Program-made: the position numbers and the translations under genes
Shown: one piece after another, positions 13,601 to 28,600 of the stretch
Position numbering within the stretch: position 1 is the stretch's first letter
Layout of the letters: every line of letters starts with the position of its first letter
NCBI GenBank assembly: GCA_964016885.1
Contig: OZ024747.1
Location: 41,292,001 to 41,356,000 of the forward strand
Origin: Eledone cirrhosa
Lineage: Eukaryota
Length of the DNA: 64,000 bases
Reading direction: 5' to 3'
Notes under the pieces: generated by a model
What the model saw: only the letters and a program-made list of their open reading frames with translations
Databases searched by the model: none
What the model was told of the DNA's origin: nothing

Positions 13601-16600
13601 TGATATATAGTAGTGTGACAGTAATATATAGTAGTGTGTTACAGTAATATATAGTAGTGTGACAGTAGTATATAGTAGTGTGTTACAATAGTATATAGTA
13701 GTGTGTTACAGTAATATATAGTAGTGTTACAGTAATATATAGTAGTGTTACAGAGATATATAGTAGTGTGACAGTAATATATAGTAGTGTGTTAGAGTAA
13801 TATATAGTAGTGTGTCAGTAATATATAGTAGTGTGTGACAGTGATATATAGTAGTGACAGTAATATATAGTAGTTTGACAGTAATATATAGTAGTGTGTT
13901 ACAGTAATATATAGTAGTGTGTTACAGTAATATATAGTAGTGTGACAGTGACATATGTTAGTGTGAGAGTAATGTATAGTTGTGTTACAGTAATATATAG
14001 TAGTGTTACAGTGATATATAGTAGTGTTACAGTAATATATAGTAGTGTGTTACAGTAATATATATTAGTGATATATAGTAGTGGGACAGTGATATATAGT
14101 AGTGTGACACTAATATATAGTAATGTGACAGTAATATGTAGTAGTGTGACAGTAATATATAAAAGTGTTACACTAATATATAGTAGAGTGACAGTTATAT
14201 ATAGTAGTGTGACAGTAAAATATAGTAGTGTTACAGTGATATATAGTAATGTGACAGTAATATATAGTAGTGTGACAGCAATATATAATAGTGTGACAGT
14301 AATATATAGTAGTGTGTTAAAGGAATTCATAGTAGTGTGGCAGTAATATATAGTAGTGTGACAGTAATATATAGTAGTGTGTTACAGCAATATATAAAAG
14401 TGTTACACTAATATATAGTAGAGTGACAGTTATATATAGTAGTGTGACAGTAAAATATAGTAGTGTTACAGTGATATATAGTAATGTGACAGTAATATAT
14501 AGTAGTGTGACAGCAATATATAATAGTGTGACAGTAATATATAGTAGTGTGTTACAGTAATATATAGTAGTGTTACACTAACATATAATAGTGTGACAGT
14601 AATATATAGTAGTGTGACAGTGATATATAGTAGTGTGACAGTATATATATAGTAGTGTGACAGTAATCTATAGTAGTGTGACAGTAATATATAGTGTTAC
14701 AATAATATATAGTAGTGTGACATTAATATATAGTAGTTTGACAGTAATATATAGTAGTGTTACAGGAATATATGTTAGTGTGACAGTGATATATAGTCGT
14801 TTGACAGTAATATATAGTAGTGTGACAGTAATATATAGTAGAGTGAGAGTGATATATAGTAGTGTGACAGTAATATATAGTAGTGTGACAGTAATATATA
14901 GTAGTGTGACAGTAATATATAGTGTGTGTTACACTAATATATAGTAGTCTGTGACATTGATATATAGCAATTTGACAGTAATATATAGTAGTGTGACAGT
15001 AATATATAGTAGTGTGACAGTAATATATAGTAGAGTGACAGTAATATATAGTAGTGTGTTACAGTAATATATAGTAGTGTGACAGTAATATATATGAGTG
15101 TGACAGTAATATATGGTAGTGTGTGAGTAATATATAGTAGTGTTACAGTAATATATATTAGTCTTAGAGTGATATATAGTAGTGTGCCAGTGATATATAG
15201 TAGTGTGACACTAATATATAGTAATGTGATAGTAATATATAGTAGTGTGACAGTAATATATAGTAGTATGTTAAAGGAATTCATAGTAGTGTGGCAGTAA
15301 TATATAGTAATGTGACAGTTATATATAGTAGTGTGACAGTCATATATAGTAGTGTTACAGTGATATATAGTAGTGTGACAGTTATATATTGTAGTGTGTC
15401 AGTGATATATAGTAGTCTGACAGTAATCCATAGTAGTGTGACAGTAATATATAGTAGTGTTACAGTATTATATATAGTGTAACAGTAATATATAGTAGCG
15501 TGTTACTCTAATATATAGTAGTGTGCAGTAATATATAGTGTTACAGTGATATATAGTAATGTGGTAGTAATATATAGTAGTGTGACAGTGATATATAGTA
15601 GTGTGACAGTAATATAAAGTAGTGTGACAGCAATCTATAGTAGTGTGACAGTAATATATAGTGTTACAATTATATATATTAGTGTGACATTAATATATAG
15701 TAGTGTGACAGTAATATGTAGTAGTGTTACAGTAATATATAGTAGAGTGACAGTGATATATAGTAGTTTGACAGTAATATATAGTAGAGTGACAGTAATA
15801 TATAGTAGAGTGACAGTGATATATATTAGTGTGACAGTAATATATAGTAGTGTGACAGTAATATATAGTAGTGTGACAGTAATATAGTAGTGTGACAGTA
15901 ATATATAATAGTGTGTTCACTAATATATAGTAGTGTGTAACATTGATATATAGCAATGTGACAGTAATATATAGTAGTGTGACAGTGACATATAGTAGTG
16001 TGTTACAGTAATATATAGTAGTCTTACAATGATATATAGTAATGTGACAGTAATATATAATAGTGTGACAGTAATATATATTAGTGTGACAGTAATATAT
16101 AGTAGTGTGTTAGTAATATAGTAGTGTTATAGTAATATATGGCAGTGTGACAGTAATATATAGTAATGTGACAGTAATATATAGTAGTGTGACAGTAATA
16201 TGTATTAGTGTGACAGTAATATATATTAGTGTGACAGCAATATATAGTAGTGTGTGACAGTAATATATAGTAGTGTGACAGTGATATAGAGTAGTGTGGC
16301 AGTGATATATAGTAGTGTGACAATAATATATAGTAGTGTGACAGTAATACATAGTAGTGTGACAGTAATATATAGTAGTGTTACAGTAATATATAGTAGT
16401 GTAACAGTAATATATAGTAGTGTGTTACACTAATATATAGTAGAGTGTGACATTGATATATAGTAGTTTGACACTAATATATATAGTGTGACAGTAATAT
16501 ATAGTAGTGTGTTACAGTAATATATAGTAGTGTGACAGTAATATATAGTGTTACAGTGATATAAAGTATTGTGATAGTAATATATAGTAGTGTGACAGTG

Positions 16601-19600
16601 ATATATAGTAGTGTGACAGTAATATAAAGTAGTGTGACAGTAATCTATAGTAGTGTGACAGTAATATATAGTGTTACAATAATATATAGTAGTGTGACAT
16701 TAATATATAGTAGTGTTATAGTAATATATAGTAGTGTTACAGTAATATATAGTAGTGTGACAGTGATATATAGTCGTTTGACAGTAATATATAGTAGTGT
16801 GACAGTAATATATAGTAGAGTGACAGTAATATATAGTAGTGTGTTAGTAATGTATAGTAGTGTGACAGTAATATATAGTCGTGTGACAGTAATATATAGT
16901 GTTACAGTGATATAAAGTACTGTGATAGTAATATATAGTAGTGTGACAGTGATATATAGTAGTGTGACAGTAATATAAAGTAGTGTGACAGTAATATATA
17001 GTGTTACAATAATATATAGTAGTGTGACATTAATATATAGTAGTGTTATAGTAATATATAGTACTGTTACAGTAATAGGTAGTAGTGCGACAGTGATATA
17101 TAGTATTGTGTTACAGTAATATATAGTAGTGTGTTAAAGTAATATATATTAGTCTTAGAGTGATATATAGTAGTGGGACAGTGATATATAGTAGTGTGAC
17201 ACTAATATATAGTAATGTGACAGTAATATGTAGTAGTGTGACAGTAATATATAGTAGTGTGTTAAAGGAATTCATAGTAGTGTGGCAGTAATATATAGTA
17301 GTGTGACAGTAATATATAGTAGTGTGTTACAGCAATATATAAAAGTGTTACACTAATATATAGTAGAGTGACAGTTATATATAGTAGTGTGACAGTAAAA
17401 TATAGTAGTGTTACAGTGATATATAGTAATGTGACAGTAATATATAGTAGTGTGACAGCAATATATAATAGTGTGACAGTAATATATAGTAGTGTGTTAC
17501 AGTAATATATAGTAGTGTTACACTAACATATAATAGTGTGACAGTAATATATAGTAGTGTGACAGTGATATATAGTAGTGTGACAGTATATATATAGTAG
17601 TGTGACAGTAATCTATAGTAGTGTGACAGTAATATATAGTGTTACAATAATATATAGTAGTGTGACATTAATATATAGTAGTTTGACAGTAATATATAGT
17701 AGTGTTACAGGAATATATGTTAGTGTGACAGTGATATATAGTCGTTTGACAGTAATATATAGTAGTGTGACAGTAATATATAGTAGAGTGAGAGTGATAT
17801 ATAGTAGTGTGACAGTAATATATAGTAGTGTGACAGTAATATATAGTAGTGTGACAGTAATATATAGTGTGTGTTACACTAATATATAGTAGTCTGTGAC
17901 ATTGATATATAGCAATTTGACAGTAATATATAGTAGTGTGACAGTAATATATAGTAGTGTGACAGTAATATATAGTAGAGTGACAGTAATATATAGTAGT
18001 ATGTTACAGTAATATATAGTAGTGTGACAGTAATATATATGAGTGTGACAGTAATATATGGTAGTGTATGAGTAATATATAGTAGTGTGACAGTAATATA
18101 TAGTTGTGTGTCAGTAATATATAGTAGTGTTACAGTAATATGTAGTACTGTGACAGTGATATATAGTATTGTGTTACAGTAATATATAGTAGTGTGTTAA
18201 AGTAATATATATTAGTCTTAGAGTGATATATAGTAGTGTGCCAGTGATATATAGTAGTGTGACACTAATATATAGTAATGTGATAGTAATATGTAGTAGT
18301 GTAACAGTAATATATAGTAGTATGTTAAAGGAATTCATAGTAGTGTGGCAGTAATATATAGTAATGTGACAGTTATATATAGTAGTGTGACAGTCATATA
18401 TAGTAGTGTTACAGTGATATATAGTAGTGTGACAGTAATATATTGTAGTGTGTCAGTGATATATAGTAGTCTGACAGTAATCCATAGTAGTGTGACAGTA
18501 ATATATAGTAGTGTTACAGTATTATATATAGTGTAACAGTAATATATAGTAGTGTGTTACTCTAATATATAGTAGTGTGCAGTAATATATAGTGTTACAG
18601 TGATATATAGTAATGTGGTAGTAATATATAGTAGTGTGACAGTGATATATAGTAGTGTGACAGTAATATAAAGTAGTGTGACAGCAATCTATAGTAGTGT
18701 GACAGTAACATATAGTGTTACAATTATATATATTAGTGTGACATTAATATATAGTAGTGTGACAGTAATATGTAGTAGTGTTACAGTAATATATAGTAGA
18801 GTGACAGTGATATATAGTAGTTTGACAGTAATATATAGTAGAGTGACAGTAATATATAGTAGAGTGACAGTGATATATAGTAGTGTGACAGTAATATATA
18901 GTAGTGTGACAGTAATATATAGTAGTGTGATAGTAATATAGTAGTGTGACAGTAATATATAGTAGTGTGTTCACTAATATATAGTAGTGTGTAACATTGA
19001 TATATAGCAATGTGACAGTAATATATAGTAGTGTGACAGTGACATATAGTAGTGTGTTACAGTAATATATAGTAGTCTTACAATGATATATAGTAATGTG
19101 ACAGTAATATATAGTAGTGTGACAGTAATATATATTAGTGTGACAGTAATATATAGTAGTGTGTTAGTAATATAGTAGTGTTATAGTAATATATGGCAGT
19201 GTGACAGTAATATATAGTAATGTGACAGTAATATATAGTAGTGTGACAGTAATATGTATTAGTGTGACAGTAATATATATTAGTGTGACAGCAATATATA
19301 GTAGTGTGTGACAGTAATATATAGTAGTGTGACAGTAATATAGAGTAGTGTGGCAGTGATATATAGTAGTGTGACAATAATATATAGTAGTGTGACAGTA
19401 ATACATAGTAGTGTGACAGTAATATATAGTAGTGTTACAGTAATATATAGTAGTGTAACAGTAATATATAGTAGTGTGTTACACTAATATATAGTAGAGT
19501 GTGACATTGATATATAGTAGTTTGACACTAATATATATAGTGTGACAGTAATATATGGTAGTGTGTTACAGTAATATATAGTAGTGTGACAGTAATATAT

Positions 19601-22600
19601 AGTGTTACAGTGATGTAAAGTACTGTGATAGTAATATATAGTAGTGTGACAGTGATATATAGTAGTGTGACAGTAATATAAAGTAGTGTGACAGTAATCT
19701 ATAGTAGTGTGACAGTAATATATAGTGTTACAATAATATATAGTAGTATGACATTAATATATAGTAGTGTTATAGTAATATATAGTAGTGTTACAGTAAT
19801 ATATAGTAGTGTGACAGTGATATATAGTCGTTTGACAGTAATATATAGTAGTGTGACAGTAATATATAGTAGAGTGACAGTGATATATAGTAGTATGACA
19901 GTAATATATAGTAGTGTGACAGTAATATATAGTAGTGTTACAGTAATATATAGTACTGTGTTACAATAATTTATAGTAGTCTGTGACATTGATATATAGC
20001 AATGTGACAGTAATATATAGTAGTGTGACACTGATATATAGTAGTGTGTTACAGTAATATATAGTAGTCTTACAATGATATATAGTAGCGTGACAGTAAT
20101 ATATAGTAGTGTGACAGTAATATATAGTAGAGTGACAGTAATATATAGTAGTGTGACAGTAATATATAGTAGTGTGACAGTAATATATAGTAGTGTTACA
20201 GTAATATATAGTAGTGTGACAGTAATATACAGTAGTGTGACAGTAATATATAGTACTTTGTTACACTAATATATATTATTGTGTGAAATTGATATATAGT
20301 GGTGTGACAGTAATATATAGTAGTGTGACAGTGATATATAGTAGTGTGACAGTAATATATAATAGTGTAAGAGTGATATATAGTAGTGTGACAATAATAT
20401 AAATTAGTGTGACAGTAATATATAGTAGTGTGTTAGTAATATATAGTAGTGTTATAGTAATATATAGTAGTGTGACAGTAATATATAGTAATGTGACAGC
20501 AATATATAATAGTGTGACAGTAATGTATAGTAGTGTGTCAGTGATATATAGTAGTGTGACAGTAATATATAGTAGTGTGTGACAGTAATATATAGTAGTG
20601 TGACAGTAATATATAGTAATGTGGCAGTGATATATAGTAGTGTAACAATAATATATTGTAGTGTGACAGTAATACATAGTAGTGTGACAGTAATATATAG
20701 TAGTGTTACAGTAATATATAGTAGTGTAACAGTAATATATAGTAGTGTGTTACAATAATATATAGTAGAGTGTGACGTTGATATATATTAGTTTGACACT
20801 AATATATATAGTGTGACAGTGATATATAGTAGTGTGACAGTAATATAAAGTAGTGTGTTACAGTAATATATAGTAGTGTGACAGTAATATATAGTGTTAC
20901 AGTGATAAAAGTACTGTGATAGTAATATATAGTAGTGTGACAGTTATATATAGTAGTGTGACAGTAATACATAATAGTGTGACAGTAATATATAGTAATG
21001 TTACAGTAATATATAGTTGTGTAACAGTAATATATAGTAGTGTGACAGTAATATGTATTAGTGTGACAGTGATATATATTAGTGTGACAGTAATATATAG
21101 TAGTGTGTGACAGTAATATATAGTAGTGTGACAGTAATACATAGTAGTGTGACAGTAATATATAGTAGTGTTACAGTAATATATAGTAGTGTAACAGTAA
21201 TATATAGTAGTGTGTTACACTAATATATAGTAGAGTATGACATTGATATATAGTAGTTTTACACTAATATATATAGTGTGACAGTGATATATATTAGTGT
21301 GACAGTGATATGTAGTAGTGTTACAGTAATATAAATTAATGTGACAGTAATCTATAGTAGTGTGACAGTAATATATAGTGTTACAATAATATATAGTAGT
21401 GTGACATTAATATGTAGTAGTGTGACAGTAATATATAGTAGTGTTACAGTAATATATAATAGGGTGACAGTGATATATAGTCGTTTGACAGTAATATATA
21501 GTAGTGTGACAGTAATATAAAGTAGAGTGACAGTGATATATAGTAGTGTTACAGTAATATATAGTAGTGTGACAGTAATATATAGCAGTGTGACAGTAAT
21601 ATATAGTAGTGTGTTACACTAATATATAGTAGTGTGTGACATTCATATATAGCAATGTGACAGTAATATATAGTAGTGTGACCGTGATATTTAGTAGTGT
21701 GTTACAGTAATATATAGTAGTCTTACAATGATATATAGTAGTGTGACAGTAATATATAGTAGTGTGACAGTAATATATAGTAGTGTGACAGTAATATATA
21801 GTAGTCTTACAGTGATATATAGTAGTGTGACAGTAATATATAGTAGTGTAACAGTGATATATAGTACTGTGTTACAGTAATATATAGTTGTCTGAGAGTA
21901 ATATATATTAGTGTGACAGTAATATATAGTAGTGTGTCAGTAATATATAGTAGTGTGCCAGTGATATGTACTAGTGTGACAGTAATATATAGTAGTGTGA
22001 CAGTAATATATAGTAGTATTACAGTAATATATAGTAGTGTGGCAGTAATATATAGTAGTGTGACAGTAATATATAGTAGTGTGACAGTAATATATAGTAG
22101 TGTGACAGTAATATATACTAGTGTGACAGTAATATATAGTAGTGTGACAGTGATATATAGTAGTGTGTTACACTGATATATAGTAGTGTGAAAGTAATAT
22201 ATAGTAGTGTGTTACAGTAATATATAGTAGTGTGACAGTAATATATATTAGTGTGGTACAGTAATATATAGTAGTGTGACAGTAATATATAGTAGTGTTA
22301 CAGTGATATATAGTAGTGTGACAGTAATACATAGTAGCTTGACAGTAATATATATTAGTGTGTCAGTGATATATAGTAGTGTGACAGTAATATATAGTAG
22401 TGTGATACTAATATATAGTAGTGTGACAGTAATATATAGTAGTGTGACAGTAATATATAGAAGTGTGACAGTAATATATAATAGTGTGACAGTAATCTAT
22501 AGTAGTGTGACAGTAATATATAGTGTTACAATAATATATAGTAGTGTGACATTAATATATAGTAGTGTGACAGTAATATATAGTAGTGTTACAGTAATAT

Positions 22601-25600
22601 ATAGTAGTGTGACAGTGATATATAGTTGTTTGACAGTAATATAGAGTAGTGTGACAGTAATATATATTAGAGTGACAGTGATATATAGTAGTGTGACAGT
22701 TATATATAGTGTTACAGTGATAAAAGTACTGTGATAGTAATATATAGTAGTGTGACAGTAATATATAGTAGTGTGACAGTAATAGATAGTAGTGTGACAG
22801 TAATATATAGTAGTGTTACAGTAATATATAGTAGTGTAACAGTAATATATAGTAGTGTGACAGTAATATGTATTAGTGTGACAGTAATATATATTAGTGT
22901 GACAGTAATATATAGTAGTGTGTGACAGTAATATATAGTAGTGTGACAGTAATACATAGTAGTGTGACAGTAATATATAGTAGTGTTACAGTAATATATA
23001 GTAGTGTAACAGTAATATATAGTAGTGTGTTACACTAATATATAGTAGAGTGTGACATTGATATATAGTAGTTTTACACTAATATATATAGTGTGACAGT
23101 GATATATATTAGTGTGACAGTGATATGTAGTAGTGTGACAGTAATATAAATTAATGTGACAGTAATCTATAGTAGTGTGACAGTAATATATAGTGTTACA
23201 ATAATATATAGTAGTGTGACATTAATATGTAGTAGTGTGACAGTAATATATAGTAGTGTTACAGTAATATATAATAGGGTGACAGTGATATATAGTCGTT
23301 TGACAGTAATATATAGTAGTGTGACAGTAATATATAGTAGAGTGACAGTGATATATAGTAGTGTTACAGTAATATATAGTAGTGTGACAGTAATATATAG
23401 CAGTGTGACAGTAATATATAGTAGTGTGTTACACTAATGTATAGTAGTGTGTGACATTCATATATAGCAATGTGACAGTAATATATAGTAGTGTGACCGT
23501 GATATATAGTAGTGTGTTACAGTAATATATAGTAGTCTTACAATGATATATAGTAGTGTGACAGTAATATATAGTAGTGTGACAGTAATATATAGTAGAG
23601 TGACAGTAATATATAGTAGTCTTACAGTGATATATAGTAGTGTGACAGTAATATATAGTAGTGTAACAGTGATATATAGTACTGTGTTACAATAATATAT
23701 AGTTGTCTGAGAGTAATATATATTAGTGTGACAGTAATATATAGCAGTGTGTCAGTAATATATAGTAGTGTGCCAGTGATATATACTAGTGTGACAGTAA
23801 TATATAGTAGTGTGACAGTAATATATAGTAGTATTACAGTAATATATAGTAGTGTGGGAGTAATATATAGTAGTGTGACAGTAATATATAGTAGTGTGAC
23901 AGTAATATATAATAGTGTGACAGTAATATATACTAGTGTGACAGTAATATATAGTAGTGTGACAGTGATATATAGTAGTGTGACAGTAATATGTATTAGT
24001 GTGACAGTAATATATATTAGTGTGACAGTAATATATAGTAGTGTGTGACAGTAATATATAGTAGTGTGACAGCAATATATAGTAGTGTGGCAGTGATATA
24101 TAATAGTGTGACAATAATATATTGTAGTGTGACAGTAATACATAGTAGTGTGACAGTAATATATAGTAGTGTTACAGTAATATATAGTAGTGTAACAGTA
24201 ATATATAGTAGTGTGTTACAATAATATATAGTAGAGTGTGACATTGATATATATTAGTTTGACACTAATATATATAGTGTGACAGTGATATATAGTAGTG
24301 TGACTGTAATATATAGTAGTGTGTTACAGTAATATATAGTAGTCTTACAATGATATATAGTAGTGTGACAGTAATATATAGTAGTGTGACAGTAATATAT
24401 AGTAGTGTGACAGTAATATATAGTAGTCTTACAGTGATATATAGTAGTGTGACAGTAATATATAGTAGTGTAACAGTGATATATAGTACTGTGTTACAGT
24501 AATATATAGTTGTCTGAGAGTAATATATATTAGTGTGACAGTAATATATAGCAGTGTGTCAGTAATATATAGTAGTGTGCCAGTGATATATACTAGTGTG
24601 ACAGTAATATATAGTAGTGTGACAGTAATATATAGTAGTATTACAGTAATATATAGTAGTGTGGGAGTAATATATAGTAGTGTGACAGTAATATATAGTA
24701 GTGTGACAGTAATATATAATAGTGTGACAGTAATATATACTAGTGTGGCAGTAATATATAGTAGTGTGACAGTGATATATAGTAGTGTGACAGTAATATG
24801 TATTAGTGTGACAGTAATATATATTAGTGTGACAGTAATATATAGTAGTGTGTGACAGTAATATATAGTAGTGTGACAGTAATATATAGTAGTGTGGCAG
24901 TGATATATAATAGTGTGACAATAATATATTGTAGTGTGACAGTAATACATAGTAGTGTGACAGTAATATATAGTAGTGATACAGTAATATATAGTAGTGT
25001 AACAGTAATATATAGTAGTGTGTTACAATAATATATAGTAGAGTGTGACATTGATATATATTAGTTTGACACTAATATATATAGTGTGACAGTGATATAT
25101 AGTAGTGTGACTGTAATATATAGTAGTGTGTTACAGTAATATATAGTAGTGTGACAGTAATATATAGTGTTACAGTGATAAAAGTACTGTGATAGTAATA
25201 TATAGTAGTGTGACAGTAATATATAGTAGTGTTACAGTAATATATAGTAGTGTAACAGTAATATATAGTAGTGTGACAGTAATATGTATTAGTGTGACAG
25301 TAATATATATTAGTGTGACAGTAATATATAGTAGTGTGTGACAGTAATATATAGTAGTGTGACAGTAATATATAGTAGTGTGGCAGTGATATATAGTAGT
25401 GTGACAATAATATATAGTAGTGTGACAGTAATACATAGTAGTGTGACAGTAATATATAATAGTGTTACAGTAATATATAGTAGTGTAACAGTAATATATA
25501 GTAGTGTGACAGTAATATGTATTAGTGTGACAGTAATATATATTAGTGTGACAGTAATATATAGTAGTGTGTGACAGTAATATATAGTAGTGTGACAGTA

Positions 25601-28600
25601 ATATATAGTAGTGTGGCAGTGATATATAGTAGTGTGACAATAATATATTGTAGTGTCAGAGTAATACATAGTAGTGTGACAGTAATATATAGTAGTGTTA
25701 CAGTAATATATAGTAGTGTATCAGTAATATATAGTAGTGTGTTACAATAATATATAGTAGAGTGTGACATTGATATATTTGACACTAATATATATAGTGT
25801 GACAGTTATATATAGTAGTGTGACAGTAATATATAGTAGTGTGTTACAGTAATATATAGTAGTGTGACAGTAATATATAGTGTTACAGTGATAAAAGTAC
25901 TGTGATAGTAATATATAGTAGTGTGACAGTAATATATAGTAGTGTGACAGTAATACATAGTAGTGTGACAGTAATATATAGTAGTGTTACAGTAATATAT
26001 AGTAGTGTAACAGTAATATATAGTAGTGTGACAGTAATATGTATTAGTGTGACAGTAATATATATTAGTGTGACAGTAATATATAGTAGTGTGTGACAGT
26101 AATATATAGTAGTGTGACAGTAATATATAGTAGTGTGACAGTAATATATAGTAGTGTGACAGTAATATATATTAGTGTGACAGTAATATATATTAGTGTG
26201 ACAGTAATATATAGTAGTGTTTGACAGTAATATATAGTAGTGTGGCAGTGATATATAGTAGTGTGACAATAATATATAGTAGTGTGACAATAATATATAT
26301 TAGTGTGACAGTAATACATAGTGGTATGACAGTAATATATAGTAGTGTTACAGTAATATATAGTAGTGTAACAGTAATATATAGTAGTGTGACAGTAATA
26401 TGTATTAGTGTGGCAGTGATATATAGTAGTGTGACAATAATATATAGTAGTGTGACAGTAATATATAGTAGTGTGGCAGTGATATATAGTAGTGTGACAA
26501 TAATATATAGTAGTGTGACAATAATATATATTAGTGTGACAGTAATACATAGTGGTATGACAGTAATATATAGTAGTGTTACAGTAATATATAGTAGTGT
26601 AACAGTAATATATAGTAGTGTATTACACTAACATATAGTAGAGTGTGACATTGATATATAGTAGTTTGACAGTAATATAGAGTAGTGTGACAGTAATATA
26701 TAGTGTTACAGTGATAAAAGTACTGTGATAGTAATATATAGTAGTGTGACAGTAATATATAGTAGTGTGACAGTAATACATAGTAGTGTGACAGTAATAT
26801 ATAGTAGTGTTACAGTAATATATAGTAGTGTAACAGTAATATATAGTAGTGTGACAGTAATATGTATTAGTGTGACAGTAATATATATTAGTGTGACAGT
26901 AATATATAGTAGTGTGTGACAGTAATATATAGTAGTGTGACAGTAATATATAGTAGTGTGGCAGTGATATATAGTTGTGTGACAATAATATATAGTAGTG
27001 TGACAGAAATACATAGTAGTGTGACAGTAATATATAGTAGTGTTACAGTAATATATAGTAGTGTAACAGTAATATATAGTAGTGTATTACACTAACATAT
27101 AGTAGAGTGTGACATTGATATATAGTAGTTTTACACTAATATATATAGTGTGACAGTGATATATATTAGTGTGACAGTGATATGTAGTAGTGTGACAGTA
27201 ATATAAATTAATGTGACAGTAATCTATAGTAGTGTGACAGTAATATATAGTGTTACAATAATATATAGTTGTGTGACATTAATATATAGTAGTGTGACAG
27301 TAATATATAGCAGTGTGACAGTTATATATAGTAGGGTGACAGTGATATATAGTCGTTTGACAGTAATATATAGTAGTGTGACAGTAATATATAGTAGAGT
27401 GACAGTGATATATAGTAGTGTTACAGTAATATATAGTAGTGTGACAGTAATATATAGCAGTGTGACAGTAATATATAGTAGTGTGTTACACTAATATATA
27501 GTAGTGTGTGACATTCATATATAGCAATGTGACAGTAATATATAGTAGTGTGACCGTGATATATAGTAGTGTGTTACAGTAGTATATAGTAGTCTTACAA
27601 TGATATATAGTAGTGTGACAGTAATATATAGTAGTGTGACAGTAATATATAGTAGTGTGACAGTAATATATAGTAGTCTTACAGTGATATATAGTAGTGT
27701 GACAGTAATATATAGTAGTGTAACAGTGATATATAGTACTGTGTTACAGTAATATATAGTTGTCTGAGAGTAATATATATTAGTGTGACAGTAATATATA
27801 GTAGTGTGTCAGTAATATATAGTAGTGTGCCAGTGATATATACTAGTGTGACAGTAATATATAGTAGTGTGACAGTAATATATAGTAGTATTACAGTAAT
27901 ATATAGTAGTGTGGCAGTAATATATAGTAGTGTGACAGTAATATATAGTAGTGTGACAGTAATATATAATAGTGTGACAGTAATATATACTAGTGTGACA
28001 CTAATATATAGTAGTGTGACAGTGATATATAGTAGTGTGTTACACTGATATATAGTAGTGTGACAGTAATATATAGTAGTGTGTTACAGTAATATATAGT
28101 AGTGTGACAGTAATATATATTAGTGTGCTACAGTAATATATAGTAGTGTGACAGTAATATATAGTAGTGTTACAGTGATATATAGTAGTGTGACAGTAAT
28201 ACATAGTAGCTTGACAGTAATATATATTAGTATGTCAGTGATATATAGTAGTGTGACAGTAATATATAGTAGTGTGATACTAATATATAGTAGTGTGACA
28301 GTAATATATAGTAGTGTGACAGTAATATATAGAAGTGTGACAGTAATATATAATAGTGTGACAGTAATCTATAGTAGTGTGACAGTAATATATAGTAGTG
28401 TGAGAGTAATATATAGTAGTGTTACAGTAATATATAGTAGTGTGACAGTGATATATAGTTGTTTGACGGTAATATAGAGTAGTGTGACAGTAATATATAG
28501 TAGAGTGACAGTGATATATAGTAGTGTGACAGTAATATATAGTGTTACAGTGATAAAGGTACTGTGATAGTAATATATAGTAGTGTGACAGTAATATATA